A DNA stretch of 64,000 bases from Deltaproteobacteria bacterium (GCA_040218735.1 JAVJQW010000008.1:64001-128000); one strand, 5' to 3'. Counted from the first letter of the stretch, positions 28,626 to 38,657 are shown. Notes: a model not told the origin generated them from the sequence alone. Numbers and translations: made by a program.

Positions 28626-29471
28626 CTAGATCTTCTTCCACGCCCAGCCCCAGTGGGCCTCGGCGTCTTTCTCGTCCCAGACGGCCTCGGAGTCGCGGAC
28701 CTTCAGCTCGACCCATTCGTCGAACGCCTCCTTCGACACGACCTTCAGCGTCCCGGCCATCTGGTAGTGGTTCGCACCGCAGTTCTGCACGCAGACGATC
28801 GGGAACTCACCCTCTTCTTTGCCCTGGAACCACATGAGGTTGATCATCCCGGGCATCGCGTCCTGCTTGATGCGGAAGTGCGGCAGCGCAAACGTGTGAA
28901 TCACGTCGGGCGACGCGAGCTGCAGCAGCACCGGCGTGTTCACCGGCACGACGAGCTCGTGGTCGGAGAGGGCGTCGTCGGACGTGTTGAACTTGCCGTC
29001 CTTGCCCGCCAGGCGCATCTGCCACATCCACTGGCGCCCCTGGACCTCGACCTTCAGCGTCTGCGGATCCTTGTCGACCTTCTCGAAGTTCCAGAACGTC
29101 CCGAAGACGTCCTTCGTCGAGTTCACGAAGAGGTTGCCGTCGACGATCACGAAGATGACCGCGGAGATGGCCATCGCCATCATCACCGCGTTCTTGCCGT
29201 CGCCGGTGTCGTACTCGGCCGAGTGTTTCTTCCCGTGCTTGATGAAGGCCGAGATCATGATGAAGCACATGATCGCGAACAGCACCGCCGAGAAGAGGTT
29301 GGTGATGTTGATGAGCCAGTCGATGTTGTGGCCGTGCTCGGAGGCATCGTGCGGCGCCTCCCAGGCCTTCGGCGCGGCCATGGCCACCGCCGACGTCGCC
29401 CAGACCACCAACCCGGCGGGGATCGCCGCGAGGTGTCGCATGTTTCGGATCTTCATTTGGAGATCTCCCAT
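28626..29471 (-). CDS. ctaC: Cytochrome c oxidase subunit II (CuA)
   Basis: QWMW, DVIH, CVQNCGANHYQM; start uncertain. Confidence 0.93.
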   Translation of the reverse strand: MGDLQMKIRNMRHLAAIPAGLVVWATSAVAMAAPKAWEAPHDASEHGHNIDWLINITNLFSAVLFAIMCFIMISAFIKHGKKHSAEYDTGDGKNAVMMAMAISAVIFVIVDGNLFVNSTKDVFGTFWNFEKVDKDPQTLKVEVQGRQWMWQMRLAGKDGKFNTSDDALSDHELVVPVNTPVLLQLASPDVIHTFALPHFRIKQDAMPGMINLMWFQGKEEGEFPIVCVQNCGANHYQMAGTLKVVSKEAFDEWVELKVRDSEAVWDEKDAEAHWGWAWKKI

Positions 29472-29481
29472 TCGAACGAAA

Positions 29482-29718
29482 TCACTTGGCTTGGGGGGAC
29501 GTGGAGTCCGCGACGGACTGGGTCCCGATCTTTCGCATGACGACGATGGCGGTGCCGGCGACCACGAAGGGCATGCCGAGCATCCCGGCGAGGATGAACC
29601 AGCTGCCGAGGCCCGCCTTGTCGTTGAGCGCGCACATCGGACAGGCGTACGCCTCCGGCGCCGCGAAGAGCGCGAGGAGGAACAGTCCGAGGTAGAGCGC
29701 CGTCTTCATGCCGTTCAC
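29482..29718 (-). CDS. Small membrane protein of the oxidase operon (CPMC motif)
   Basis: Signal peptide, ACPMC, one TM helix; overlaps the subunit IV stop. Confidence 0.7.
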   Translation of the reverse strand: MNGMKTALYLGLFLLALFAAPEAYACPMCALNDKAGLGSWFILAGMLGMPFVVAGTAIVVMRKIGTQSVADSTSPQAK

Positions 29719-30020
29719 CCGACTGCGAGTCGCCAGGTCGCCTCCGCGATGAGCCCGAAGGCGTAGAGCGCGGGGAAGAAGAAGGGCAGCGCGACGGTCA
29801 GCTTGAGGTGCCTCGTCTCGTGGTTGAGGTGCATGAAGAACCAGCCGACCGTCCAGGCCTTGGCGACCGCGAGGAGGACCAACGCGCTGCCGAGGCCGAA
29901 CTTGCTGATGCCCGGGATGTAGACGATCCCGACCTCGAGGACGGTGAGGATCGTCAGCGCCGCGAACACCATGAGGTATTGCTTGCGGCTGACGTGAGGA
30001 GTGCTTGCAGTGCTAGCCAT
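29715..30020 (-). CDS. ctaF: Cytochrome c oxidase subunit IV
   Basis: LTILTVLEV, LAVAKAWTVGWFFMHL. Confidence 0.9.
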   Translation of the reverse strand: MASTASTPHVSRKQYLMVFAALTILTVLEVGIVYIPGISKFGLGSALVLLAVAKAWTVGWFFMHLNHETRHLKLTVALPFFFPALYAFGLIAEATWRLAVG

Positions 30021-30039
30021 CTTCGATGATCTCCCGGTC

Positions 30040-30690
30040 CTAGAGGAGGTAGACGAACGTGAAGACGAGGATCCAGACCAGGTCGACGAAGTGCCAGAAC
30101 AGGCCCGCGATCTCGATCTCGTTGTAGTTGCCGTCGTCGTACTTGCCCATGATCGCGCGGATCAGGGTGATGCTGAGGTAGATGACGCCCGTCAGGACGT
30201 GCATCCCGTGGAAGCCGGTGATGCAGTAGAAGGTCGTCGCGCGGTGGCCCTGGCCGAAGATCAGGCCCTCGGCGATCAGCCCCTCGTGGTGGAAGATCGC
30301 CTCGAACGTCCCGAAGTACTCCTGCATCTGGCCGCACAGGAAGAGCACGCCGCCGAGCACGGTGATGGCGAGCCACTTGATCATGCCCTTGCGGTCCTTT
30401 TCGACGCAGGCCGCGTAGGACATGACCATGCTGACGCTGGAGCAGATCAGAAGAAACGTGAGGCCGGCGGTGAAGTTGATGCCGAACTCGGGCGCACCTT
30501 CGGCGACCCACTCGCCTTTGGTGCCTCCGCGCAGGATGCCGTAGGCGAGCAGTAGGCCGCCAAACGAGAAAGCATCCGAAAGGAGGAAGACCCACATCCC
30601 GATCTTTCCGGCCGTGGCGCGCCCGTATTGCGCGTCTTCCGGATACTCGTGGGGCAGGATCGCAGGGTGATGATGGTCGGCTGCGCTCAT
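30040..30690 (-). CDS. ctaE: Cytochrome c oxidase subunit III
   Basis: GMWVFLLSD, LICSS, ITGFHGMHV, LFWHFVDLVW. Confidence 0.93.
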   Translation of the reverse strand: MSAADHHHPAILPHEYPEDAQYGRATAGKIGMWVFLLSDAFSFGGLLLAYGILRGGTKGEWVAEGAPEFGINFTAGLTFLLICSSVSMVMSYAACVEKDRKGMIKWLAITVLGGVLFLCGQMQEYFGTFEAIFHHEGLIAEGLIFGQGHRATTFYCITGFHGMHVLTGVIYLSITLIRAIMGKYDDGNYNEIEIAGLFWHFVDLVWILVFTFVYLL

Positions 30691-30892
30691 AGATTCGGTT
30701 CCGTCCGTCGGCTTTCGCGAGGGCCCTCCCGGGCCCGAAGCCGCACGCCAGATAGCACGGGGCCATGGACCCGACAAGACTCTGCGACAGGGGTCTTGAT
30801 CGGTTCTGATGCTCAGGGAAATCCGCTGCATAGCCGCGCCGCCTTGTCGGCTTGACTCGACCCCGTGCGCCCACTAAACGTCGCGCGTCCTC

Positions 30893-31825
30893 GTGACCTC
30901 GAATAGCGAAGAGCTCGCCCCGCAGGCATCGGGGCTCGGCGTCGCGCGGCTCTCCTCCGCGGAGCGCGCGCGCGCGTACTACGAGCTCGCCAAGCCGAAC
31001 CTCTCGATGCTCGTCGTCGTGACGAGCATCCTCGGCTTCTATCTCGCGTCGAGCGCCACCGAGCACCTCGACTGGGCGCGCCTGATCTACCTCGTGACGG
31101 GTACGGCGCTGACCGCAGCGGGTGCGTGTGCGCTCAACATGTACATCGAGCGCGACATCGACGCGCGCATGATGCGCACGAAGGGCCGCCCGATCCCCTC
31201 GGGGCGTTTGTCCGCGCAGCAGGCGCTCGCGTTCAGCCTCGTCGTGTTCACGTGGGGCTTCTTGCAGCTGCTGGTGTTCTGCGGCCCGTACCCCGCGTTC
31301 CTCTCGCTCGCGACCGCGCTGATCTACGCGTTCGTGTACACACCCGCGAAGCGTCGCGGTCCGATCTCCATCTGGATCGGCGCGATACCGGGCGCGATCC
31401 CGCCGGTGATGGGCTGGGCGGCCGTGCGCGGTGAGATCGGGTGGGGCGGCCTGTCGCTCTTCCTCATCCTGTTCGCGTGGCAGTTCCCGCACTTCCTGGC
31501 GCTCGCCTATATGTACGAGGAGGACTACCGCCGCGGCGGGTTCAACTTCCTCTTCGCGGACGATCCCGACGGTCAGAAGGTCGGACGCGCCATCGCGTTC
31601 GGCACGCTCCTCGTGCACTCCGCGAGCCTCGCGCCGTACGTGCTCGGCCTCGTGGGTGGGGTCTACCTCATCGGGGCGATCCTCGCCGGCGCGTTCTTCG
31701 TGTGGGCGGGGGCGCGCGTCGCCGTCGAGTCCACGCTCCCGCGCGCGCGTCAGGCGTTCTTCGCGTCGATCACCTACCTACCGGTGCTGCTCGCTTCGAT
31801 GGTGTTGGATCGCCTCGTAAGCTGA
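30893..31825 (+). CDS. ctaB: Protoheme IX farnesyltransferase (heme O synthase)
   Basis: ELAKP, NMYIERDIDARMMRTKGRPIPSG, YTPAKR, WQFPHF. Confidence 0.95.
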   Translation: MTSNSEELAPQASGLGVARLSSAERARAYYELAKPNLSMLVVVTSILGFYLASSATEHLDWARLIYLVTGTALTAAGACALNMYIERDIDARMMRTKGRPIPSGRLSAQQALAFSLVVFTWGFLQLLVFCGPYPAFLSLATALIYAFVYTPAKRRGPISIWIGAIPGAIPPVMGWAAVRGEIGWGGLSLFLILFAWQFPHFLALAYMYEEDYRRGGFNFLFADDPDGQKVGRAIAFGTLLVHSASLAPYVLGLVGGVYLIGAILAGAFFVWAGARVAVESTLPRARQAFFASITYLPVLLASMVLDRLVS

Positions 31826-31867
31826 GCTTGCGCCCATCACGGCTCTCCGCTAGAAGGCACCCCGAAA

Positions 31868-32881
31868 ATGGTGCGAGCTGGTCTTCTCTCGAACCGATTG
31901 GCGTGGGGGCTCGTCCCCGCCGCGCTCCTGACCCTGTCTTGCGACACGATGGAGCCCATCACCGAGCCGTTCACGCTGGCCGACGAAACCGTCGTCTCCG
32001 TGGCGCAGCTCGAGAACGGTCGCGAGAAGTACGTCCTGTACTGCCGCGCCTGCCACGGTGAGCAGGGCGATGGGCGCGGACCGGCCGGCATCGGCATGCG
32101 TCCGCCGCCCCGCAACTTCAAGGAAGGTTACTTCAAGTTCGGTGGCGTCGCCGCGGGTGAGCTTCCGCCGGACTCGGAGATCAAGCGCATCGTGCTCGGC
32201 GGCCTCGAAGGCACCGCGATGTTGCCGTGGAAGATTCCGGAGAAGGATCTCGACGACGTCATCCAGTACATCAAGACGTTCGCGGTCGACGAAGATGGCG
32301 CGAACATCTGGCAGGAAGACGAGCCCGGCGAGCTCATCGAGATCCCGGAGGATCCGTGGGCGGGCAAGAAGGCCGAGGCCATCGCGCGCGGCAAGAGCGT
32401 CTATCACGGGCTGGCGCAGTGCCTGAAGTGCCACCCGGCGTACGGCACGTACCAGGAGATCTGGGACGCCACCGCCGAGGCGACCGGCCAGGGCAGCACG
32501 TCCGCGTTCCGCAAAGGCATGTACTACCCGGAGGCGAAGTACGCCGACGCGTACGGCCACAAGCTCCTTCCGCCGGACTTCACGCGCCACCCGATCAAGG
32601 CGGGCGCCACGCCGAAGGACATCTATCGCACGATCGCCGCCGGCATCGGCGGAACCGCGATGCCGATGTGGAAGGGCTCGATCCCGGACGAGGACATCTA
32701 CGCGATCTCGTACTTCGTGGCGGACCTGTACACGATGGACGGCGAGGCCTCGAAGAAGGCGCGTGAGGCCTGGCTCGCGCAGCCCGAGTTCGTGCCGCCG
32801 ACGCCGCCCGAAGAGGGTGCCGAAGGCGCCGAAGGCGAGGACGCTGAAGGCGACGACGACGACGAGGCCGAAGAGCAGTAG
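31868..32881 (+). CDS. Diheme cytochrome c lipoprotein
   Basis: CRACH and CLKCH; GTAM twice; lipobox LSC. Confidence 0.9.
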   Translation: MVRAGLLSNRLAWGLVPAALLTLSCDTMEPITEPFTLADETVVSVAQLENGREKYVLYCRACHGEQGDGRGPAGIGMRPPPRNFKEGYFKFGGVAAGELPPDSEIKRIVLGGLEGTAMLPWKIPEKDLDDVIQYIKTFAVDEDGANIWQEDEPGELIEIPEDPWAGKKAEAIARGKSVYHGLAQCLKCHPAYGTYQEIWDATAEATGQGSTSAFRKGMYYPEAKYADAYGHKLLPPDFTRHPIKAGATPKDIYRTIAAGIGGTAMPMWKGSIPDEDIYAISYFVADLYTMDGEASKKAREAWLAQPEFVPPTPPEEGAEGAEGEDAEGDDDDEAEEQ

Positions 32882-32928
32882 GCCGCCGTCCCTTGAAAGG
32901 CGCGCTCGCCCACGTTATGAGCGCGCCC

Positions 32929-33738
32929 ATGTTCGCACGCCGAATCACCCCCATCCTCTTCGTCTCCGGCGCGCTCGCGCTGGGCGCCTGCAGCAAGGGC
33001 GACAAGAAGCCCGCCGCCGACAAGAAACCCGCCGCGGCCAAGCCCGCCGAGAAGCCGGCGGAGAAGCCCGCCGAAAAACCTGCGGAGAAGCCCGCCGAGG
33101 TCGCCGGCAAGGGTGGCTCCATCAAGGGCGTCGTGAGCTTCGACGGCGCTGCGCCGAAGCCCGCGAAGATCGACATGAAGAAGGACCCGAAGTGCGTCAA
33201 GACGAACAAGGACGCCATGCGCTCGGACGCGAAGATCGCGGACGGGAAGGTCGCGGAGGTCTTCGTCCACATCAAGAGCGGCCTGCCCGACAAGAAGTGG
33301 GACACGCGTGAGGACGAGGTCGTGCTCGACCAGGTCGGCTGCCTCTACAACCCGCGCGTGGTCGGCCTGCAGGAAGACCAGAAGCTGACGATCGTGAACA
33401 GCGACCCGCTCCTGCACAACGTCCACGCCACGCCGAAGCGCGGTGAGTTCAACATGGCGATGCCGACGCAGGGCATGAAGCTGCAGAAGTCCTTCAAGAA
33501 GAAGGAGCTGGGCTTCGACATCAAGTGCGACGTGCACGCGTGGATGAAGGCGTGGGGCTACGTCGTGGATCACCCGTTCTTCGCGACGTCCGCCGCGGAC
33601 GGGTCGTTCGAGATCAAGGACGTCCCGGCCGGCAAGTACACGGTCGAGTTCATCCACCCGACGCTCGGCGCGCAGGAGGCCGAGGTCACGGTGACCGACG
33701 GCGAGGCGATGGCTTCCGCCACCTTCAAGGCGGGCTGA
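32929..33738 (+). CDS. Lipoprotein with cupredoxin-like / carboxypeptidase-regulatory-like domains
   Basis: LGAC lipobox, PAEK repeats, DQVGC..NSDPLLHNVH..CDVHAWM. Confidence 0.8.
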   Translation: MFARRITPILFVSGALALGACSKGDKKPAADKKPAAAKPAEKPAEKPAEKPAEKPAEVAGKGGSIKGVVSFDGAAPKPAKIDMKKDPKCVKTNKDAMRSDAKIADGKVAEVFVHIKSGLPDKKWDTREDEVVLDQVGCLYNPRVVGLQEDQKLTIVNSDPLLHNVHATPKRGEFNMAMPTQGMKLQKSFKKKELGFDIKCDVHAWMKAWGYVVDHPFFATSAADGSFEIKDVPAGKYTVEFIHPTLGAQEAEVTVTDGEAMASATFKAG

Positions 33739-33801
33739 TCCGGGGCGCCTGCCCAAATAGAGGTAGGCAACGCGGGGGTGTCGGTACTAGGTGACCGATC
33801 G

Positions 33802-34893
33802 ATGTCGGTCGCCGATCTCCCGCACGTCAACGCCAGCATCAACACGGTCGTCGCGCTCCTCCTCATCGCCGGCCTCGTGCTCATCAAGCAGGGCCGGCGC
33901 GACGCGCACCGAAACGTCATGGTCGCGGCGATCGTGCTGTCGGGCCTCTTCCTCGCGAGCTACCTGACCTACCACTACCTGCACGGCTCGACGAAGTTCC
34001 AAGGCCAGGGCGCGATCCGGCCGGTCTACTTCACGATCCTCCTCACGCACACCGTGCTCGCGGTCGTGAACCTGCCCTTCATCGTCGTGACGGTCTGGCG
34101 CGCCTACAAGGGCCAGTTCGCCAAACACCGCAAGGTCGCGAAGTACACGTACTGGGTCTGGCTGTACGTCGCGATCACCGGGCCGATCGTCTACCTGCTG
34201 CTCTATCAGCTCTACCCGGGCGACCGGGGCGCGCAGGCCTTCGCCGACGCGCAGAAGATCCACCACGACGGCGACCGCAAGGCGTCGCTCGCCGCGTACC
34301 AAACGGCGGCGGAGCAGGGGCACGTCGGCGCCGGGTGTTACGCGGCGGTGATCGAGGCGACCCTCGCCGACACGAAGACCTCCACCGCGGGGCTCGTCGG
34401 TCGGCTCGCCGAGCACCCGGACGACGTGCACTGTCTGACGCTCCTCGGGCGCGAGCACACCTATGCGAAGGAGCTCGACACGGCGAAGGCCGAGCTGTCG
34501 CGCGCGGTCGAGCTCGCTCCGGACGACGCCTTCGCCCACGCGAGCCTCGCGTTCGCCTACTTCCGCGGCTACGAGTACGAGGAGGCCGCGGCCGAGTTCG
34601 AACGCGCCGTCGCGCTCGACGCGACCGTCGCGATGTACGTCTACAACGCGGGCTACGCGCACTTCCTCGGCGGGCACTACGCCAAGGCGCGGCCGCACCT
34701 CGCGAAGGCGCTCGAGATGGGCATCGCCGACGAGGTCGCCGCGCGGGCGAAGGAGGACCTCGGCGTCATCGACGGCAGCATCTGGATCTGCCCGATGCAC
34801 CCCGACGAGCGCGGCGGAACGGGTGACACCTGTGGCCGCTGCAAGATGGACCTCGAACCCGTCTCCCGCGGAGTCGTGAGCAGCAAGGAGTGA
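33802..34893 (+). CDS. DUF420 membrane protein fused to TPR repeats and a heavy-metal-binding motif
   Basis: LPHVNASIN..HRNVM..YLTYH..ILLTHTVLA..WLYVAITG; TPR helices; ICPMHP..CGRCKMDL. Confidence 0.85.
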   Translation: MSVADLPHVNASINTVVALLLIAGLVLIKQGRRDAHRNVMVAAIVLSGLFLASYLTYHYLHGSTKFQGQGAIRPVYFTILLTHTVLAVVNLPFIVVTVWRAYKGQFAKHRKVAKYTYWVWLYVAITGPIVYLLLYQLYPGDRGAQAFADAQKIHHDGDRKASLAAYQTAAEQGHVGAGCYAAVIEATLADTKTSTAGLVGRLAEHPDDVHCLTLLGREHTYAKELDTAKAELSRAVELAPDDAFAHASLAFAYFRGYEYEEAAAEFERAVALDATVAMYVYNAGYAHFLGGHYAKARPHLAKALEMGIADEVAARAKEDLGVIDGSIWICPMHPDERGGTGDTCGRCKMDLEPVSRGVVSSKE

Positions 34894-37166
34894 AGCGCTA
34901 CCTCGCGTGGGTGCTCGCGCATCGCGTCGCGGTGCTGCTGCTGATGTTCGCGGTGACGGGGGTCGCCGCGTACAGCCTGACGAACGCCGTCTTTGCGTCG
35001 TCGGTCATCAAGCTCTTCTTCGGCGACAGCCCCGACTACGTCGCGTACCGGGAGCTCGCGGACGAGTTCGTCGGCAACGACGTGATGGTGTTTGCGTTCG
35101 AGGACCCGGAGCTGTTCACGCCCGAGGGCGCGCAGCGTCTGGAGTCCGTGGTCGAGGGGCTACGCGAGCTCGACTTCATCAAACGCGTCGACAGCCTCGC
35201 CTCGGCGGTCCGCATCTCGTCCGAGGGCGACGAGCTGCTCATCGAGCGCTACCTCGACCTCACCGAGACGATGGACGCCGACGCGCTCGTCGACGCGCTC
35301 CGCAAGGACCCGCTGACGTCGGGGTGGCTGATCTCCGACGAATCGAAGGCGACCGCGATGCTCCTGGAGCTGACGCCGGATCCGGACCGGCCGATCGAGC
35401 GCATCCCGTCGATGCTCGCGGAGGTGATGTCGAAGTTCGAGGAGGCCGGCATCGCGCCGGAGACGATTCACCGTGCGGGCATCGTGGTCGAATCGACGGA
35501 GGCCACCGAGCAGGCGCGCTTCACGTTGTCGCGGCTGTTCCCGGTGACGGTGCTGCTCCTCGCGTTCGTGGTGTTCGTCCTGTTCCTCCGCGTGTGGCCG
35601 GTGATCATCACGGGCGGCGTGGCGCTGATCGCGATCGTGTGGACGTTCGGGCTCGCGGTCGCGATCGACCCGGAGGTGAACCTCCTGATGGCGATGGTGC
35701 CGGGGATGATCACGGTGATCGCGTTCTCCGACATCATCCACCTGTACTCGGGCTTCGTCCGGATGTGTCAGTTCGGCATCGACAAGCAGGACGCCGTGCT
35801 CGAGAGCGGCGCGGAGGTCGGCGTCGCGTGTCTGTTCACTTCGATCACCACGTTCGTCGGGTTCGCTTCGCTCATCTTCATCCCGACGCCGGTCATCCGG
35901 CACCTCGGCGTCGTCCTCGGCGCCGGCGTGGGGATCGCGCTGTTGCTCGCGCTGACGCTCGTGCCGATCGCGTTGTCGTGGGTCCCGGGGATCGAAGCGG
36001 GGACACGCGGTGAGTCGCGGTTCGCGCAGCGCTGGCTCGACGCGTTGTTGTCGTGGAGTCAGCGCATCTCGATGGGGTGGCCCAAGGCGACGGTGGCGTT
36101 TTTCACGATCGTCATCGCGGTGTGTGGGTACGGCGCGTCGCTGCTCACGATCGAGTCGAGCTTCGCGAAGCGCCTCGATCCGGACAACCCGATCCGGCAG
36201 TCGCAGCGCTACATCAGCGACAACTTCTCCGGTGCGAACTTCCTCGACGTCTACGTGCTCGCGCCCGACGGCAAGGACGTCCTCGACCCGGAGGCGTTCG
36301 CGGGGATCGCGAAGCTCCACGAGATGATCGAAGCGCAGCCGGAGGTCGACGACGCGCTGTCCCTCGTCGACACGATCCGCGCGATGCACGGCGCGCTCAC
36401 GAAGACGACCGAGCTCCCGGGCACACGCGAGCTCCTCGCGCAGTACCTGCTGTTGTTCGAGATCTCCGGCGGCGAGGGGCTGTCGCAGCTGATCAACGAG
36501 CCGCGGAATCGACTGCGGCTGAGCGTGCGGCTGAAGGAAGACGGCCTGCGCGGGCTCGCGGCGTTCGGCGATCGGCTGAAGGAGCGAGGTGAGGTGCTGC
36601 TGCCCGAGGGGTACACGGTGAAGCCGACCGGAATCACGTACCTGCTCGGCGACTGGATCACGTTCACGCTCGACGGCCAGCGTCGCGGATTGTTGTTCGC
36701 CGTGTTCTCGACGGCGCTGATGATGATCATCTGCCTCCGCTCGTTGCGCGTCGGCTTGCTGTCGATGATCCCGAACCTCCTCCCGCTGATCGTGCTCGGC
36801 GGTTACGTCGGCGGCATCTGGGACGAAGTCGACTCCGACACGATCCTCGTCGCGGTGTTTGCGATCGGGATCGCGGTCGACGACACGATCCACTTCCTCA
36901 CCCGTCTTCGGATCGAGTCGGAGCGCGCACCCGACATCGACACGGCGGTCGCCGGGACGTTCTCGTTCACGGGCCGCGCGATCATCCAGACCACCGTGAT
37001 CCTGTGCATCGGCTTCTCGCCCTTTGCGTTCAGCGACTACTTCTCGACGCAGATCATCGGGACGCTGCTCCCGATGTGTTTGTTCGTGGCGCTGATCGCG
37101 GACCTGTTCTTGGTGCCGGCGCTCGTGAAGCTGGGTGTGCTGCGCTTCGCGTCCCGCGCCGCGTGA
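34890..37166 (+). CDS. MMPL/RND-family transporter
   Basis: Two TM repeats; SDIIH, GIAVDDTIHF, TSITTFVGF. Confidence 0.9.
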   Translation: MKRYLAWVLAHRVAVLLLMFAVTGVAAYSLTNAVFASSVIKLFFGDSPDYVAYRELADEFVGNDVMVFAFEDPELFTPEGAQRLESVVEGLRELDFIKRVDSLASAVRISSEGDELLIERYLDLTETMDADALVDALRKDPLTSGWLISDESKATAMLLELTPDPDRPIERIPSMLAEVMSKFEEAGIAPETIHRAGIVVESTEATEQARFTLSRLFPVTVLLLAFVVFVLFLRVWPVIITGGVALIAIVWTFGLAVAIDPEVNLLMAMVPGMITVIAFSDIIHLYSGFVRMCQFGIDKQDAVLESGAEVGVACLFTSITTFVGFASLIFIPTPVIRHLGVVLGAGVGIALLLALTLVPIALSWVPGIEAGTRGESRFAQRWLDALLSWSQRISMGWPKATVAFFTIVIAVCGYGASLLTIESSFAKRLDPDNPIRQSQRYISDNFSGANFLDVYVLAPDGKDVLDPEAFAGIAKLHEMIEAQPEVDDALSLVDTIRAMHGALTKTTELPGTRELLAQYLLLFEISGGEGLSQLINEPRNRLRLSVRLKEDGLRGLAAFGDRLKERGEVLLPEGYTVKPTGITYLLGDWITFTLDGQRRGLLFAVFSTALMMIICLRSLRVGLLSMIPNLLPLIVLGGYVGGIWDEVDSDTILVAVFAIGIAVDDTIHFLTRLRIESERAPDIDTAVAGTFSFTGRAIIQTTVILCIGFSPFAFSDYFSTQIIGTLLPMCLFVALIADLFLVPALVKLGVLRFASRAA

Positions 37167-37210
37167 CCAAAGTTGCCCCGCGTCGCCGTCGCGCTTAGCG
37201 TGCGGTCGCG

Positions 37211-38050
37211 ATGGCGGTGGAACGGGAATCCTGGCGGGCGCGGCTCCTCCAGGATGTGTTTCGCGTCTTGGTGTTCGCGGTGGTCGTCGGCGGCGTGGCT
37301 GCGGCCGTGTACTTCCCGCCGCGGACGTCGCCGCAGTGGCTGGACGTCATCGCGCGGGTCTTCGCCGGCTTCACCGCCGAGCTCCTCGCGATCGCCTTGT
37401 TCCGTCTCGTGCTGCCGACCCCGCGCCGCGGCGCGCACCGCATCGCGAAGGACGGGCAGTACGCCGCGTGGTTGTTGTCGGCGGCGTTTGCGGAGGTCGC
37501 GATGCACCCTGCGCTGCGCTTTCCGTTCTGGTTCCTCCACTCGACGCGTGTGCTCTACCTACGCGCGCTCGGCGCGCGGGTCTCGTGGGGTGCGAGCTTG
37601 CACGAGCAGGTGAACATTCGAGAGCCCGCGTTGTTCGCGGTGGGGACCGGCTCGCAGATCGAACCCGGCGTCACCGTCGAAGCGGCGCTCCACGGCGCGG
37701 GGCGCGTTCGCGTCGGGCCGGTGACGATCGGTGAAGGCTGCCTGATCGGCGCGCACGCCATCCTGCTCCCCGGGTCGACGATCGGCCACGACGCACGCAT
37801 CGAGTCGGGGGCGATCGTCGGCGAAGACGCGCGCGTCGGCGTGCAGGCCGTCGTCGGCGCCGGTGCACGGCTCGGGCAGGAGGTCGACCTCGGCTCCTAC
37901 ACGTCCGTCGGCGCGGGCGCGATCGTCGCGCAGGGGGTCGTCGTCGGCGACCGCGGTCGTATCGCGCCCGGCGCGGTGGTCGAGCGCGACACGAAGATCG
38001 GCGAGCGCGAGGTCTGGGGCGGCACGCCCGCGGTGCGCCTCAAGGGGTGA
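37211..38050 (+). CDS. Membrane-anchored hexapeptide-repeat acyltransferase
   Basis: LRALGARV, VTIGEGCLIGAHAILLPG, WGGTPA. Confidence 0.85.
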   Translation: MAVERESWRARLLQDVFRVLVFAVVVGGVAAAVYFPPRTSPQWLDVIARVFAGFTAELLAIALFRLVLPTPRRGAHRIAKDGQYAAWLLSAAFAEVAMHPALRFPFWFLHSTRVLYLRALGARVSWGASLHEQVNIREPALFAVGTGSQIEPGVTVEAALHGAGRVRVGPVTIGEGCLIGAHAILLPGSTIGHDARIESGAIVGEDARVGVQAVVGAGARLGQEVDLGSYTSVGAGAIVAQGVVVGDRGRIAPGAVVERDTKIGEREVWGGTPAVRLKG

Positions 38051-38057
38051 CGGGGCG

Positions 38058-38657
38058 TCAGAGGATTTCGATGCGGCCCGAGGCGCTGACGGTAATCGTC
38101 TTCACGACGCCCGACTGACCGACGAGCGTGAACTGGTTCGGCCCGCTGATCTTCAGTCCGCTGCGGCGGAAGCGCATCGTCGAGCCGACGGCCTCCTGAA
38201 TCTGCAGGGGGCTCGCGCTGTCGGTGGCGATGTCTACGACCTCGAGCGTCTGGACCGAGCCGTCCATCGCGATCGCGCGGAGCGCGAGCTGCGTCGGGCT
38301 CACCACGGAGATGGTCGTCATGCGGATGCGGTCGGTGGCGGGACCGAAGTTGATCGGGGGCATCGCGGCGACGGGGGCCGGAGCTGGCGCCGGCGCGGGC
38401 CCAGGTCCCGGGGCGGGCGGCGCGGGCGCCGGCGCGGGGGCCGGAGCCGGTGCGGCCGTGACGGAGCGGCCCGAGGCGCCGACGACGCGAGCCTTCGTCA
38501 CGAGCGACGCGACCTGGCGTGCGGCGTCGCTGCTCTCGCCTTTGCGCTGGAGGGTGGCGAAGGTCGACACCGCGACCACCGCGAGGACCGCCATGATGGC
38601 GACCACGGCCATCATCTCGAGGATCGTGAAACCACGTTGGGCGCTCGTGTTCCGCAT
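38058..38657 (-). CDS. Type IV pilin / pseudopilin (FimT/GspH-like) with Pro-Ala insert
   Basis: Prepilin site QRG|FTILEMM followed by a hydrophobic helix. Confidence 0.88.
   Translation of the reverse strand: MRNTSAQRGFTILEMMAVVAIMAVLAVVAVSTFATLQRKGESSDAARQVASLVTKARVVGASGRSVTAAPAPAPAPAPAPPAPGPGPAPAPAPAPVAAMPPINFGPATDRIRMTTISVVSPTQLALRAIAMDGSVQTLEVVDIATDSASPLQIQEAVGSTMRFRRSGLKISGPNQFTLVGQSGVVKTITVSASGRIEIL

Noticed and set aside
30796-30809. TTGAT half-site in the divergent cox/ctaB promoter (possible FNR box)
   Set aside because: Second half (TCTGA) does not match ATCAA.
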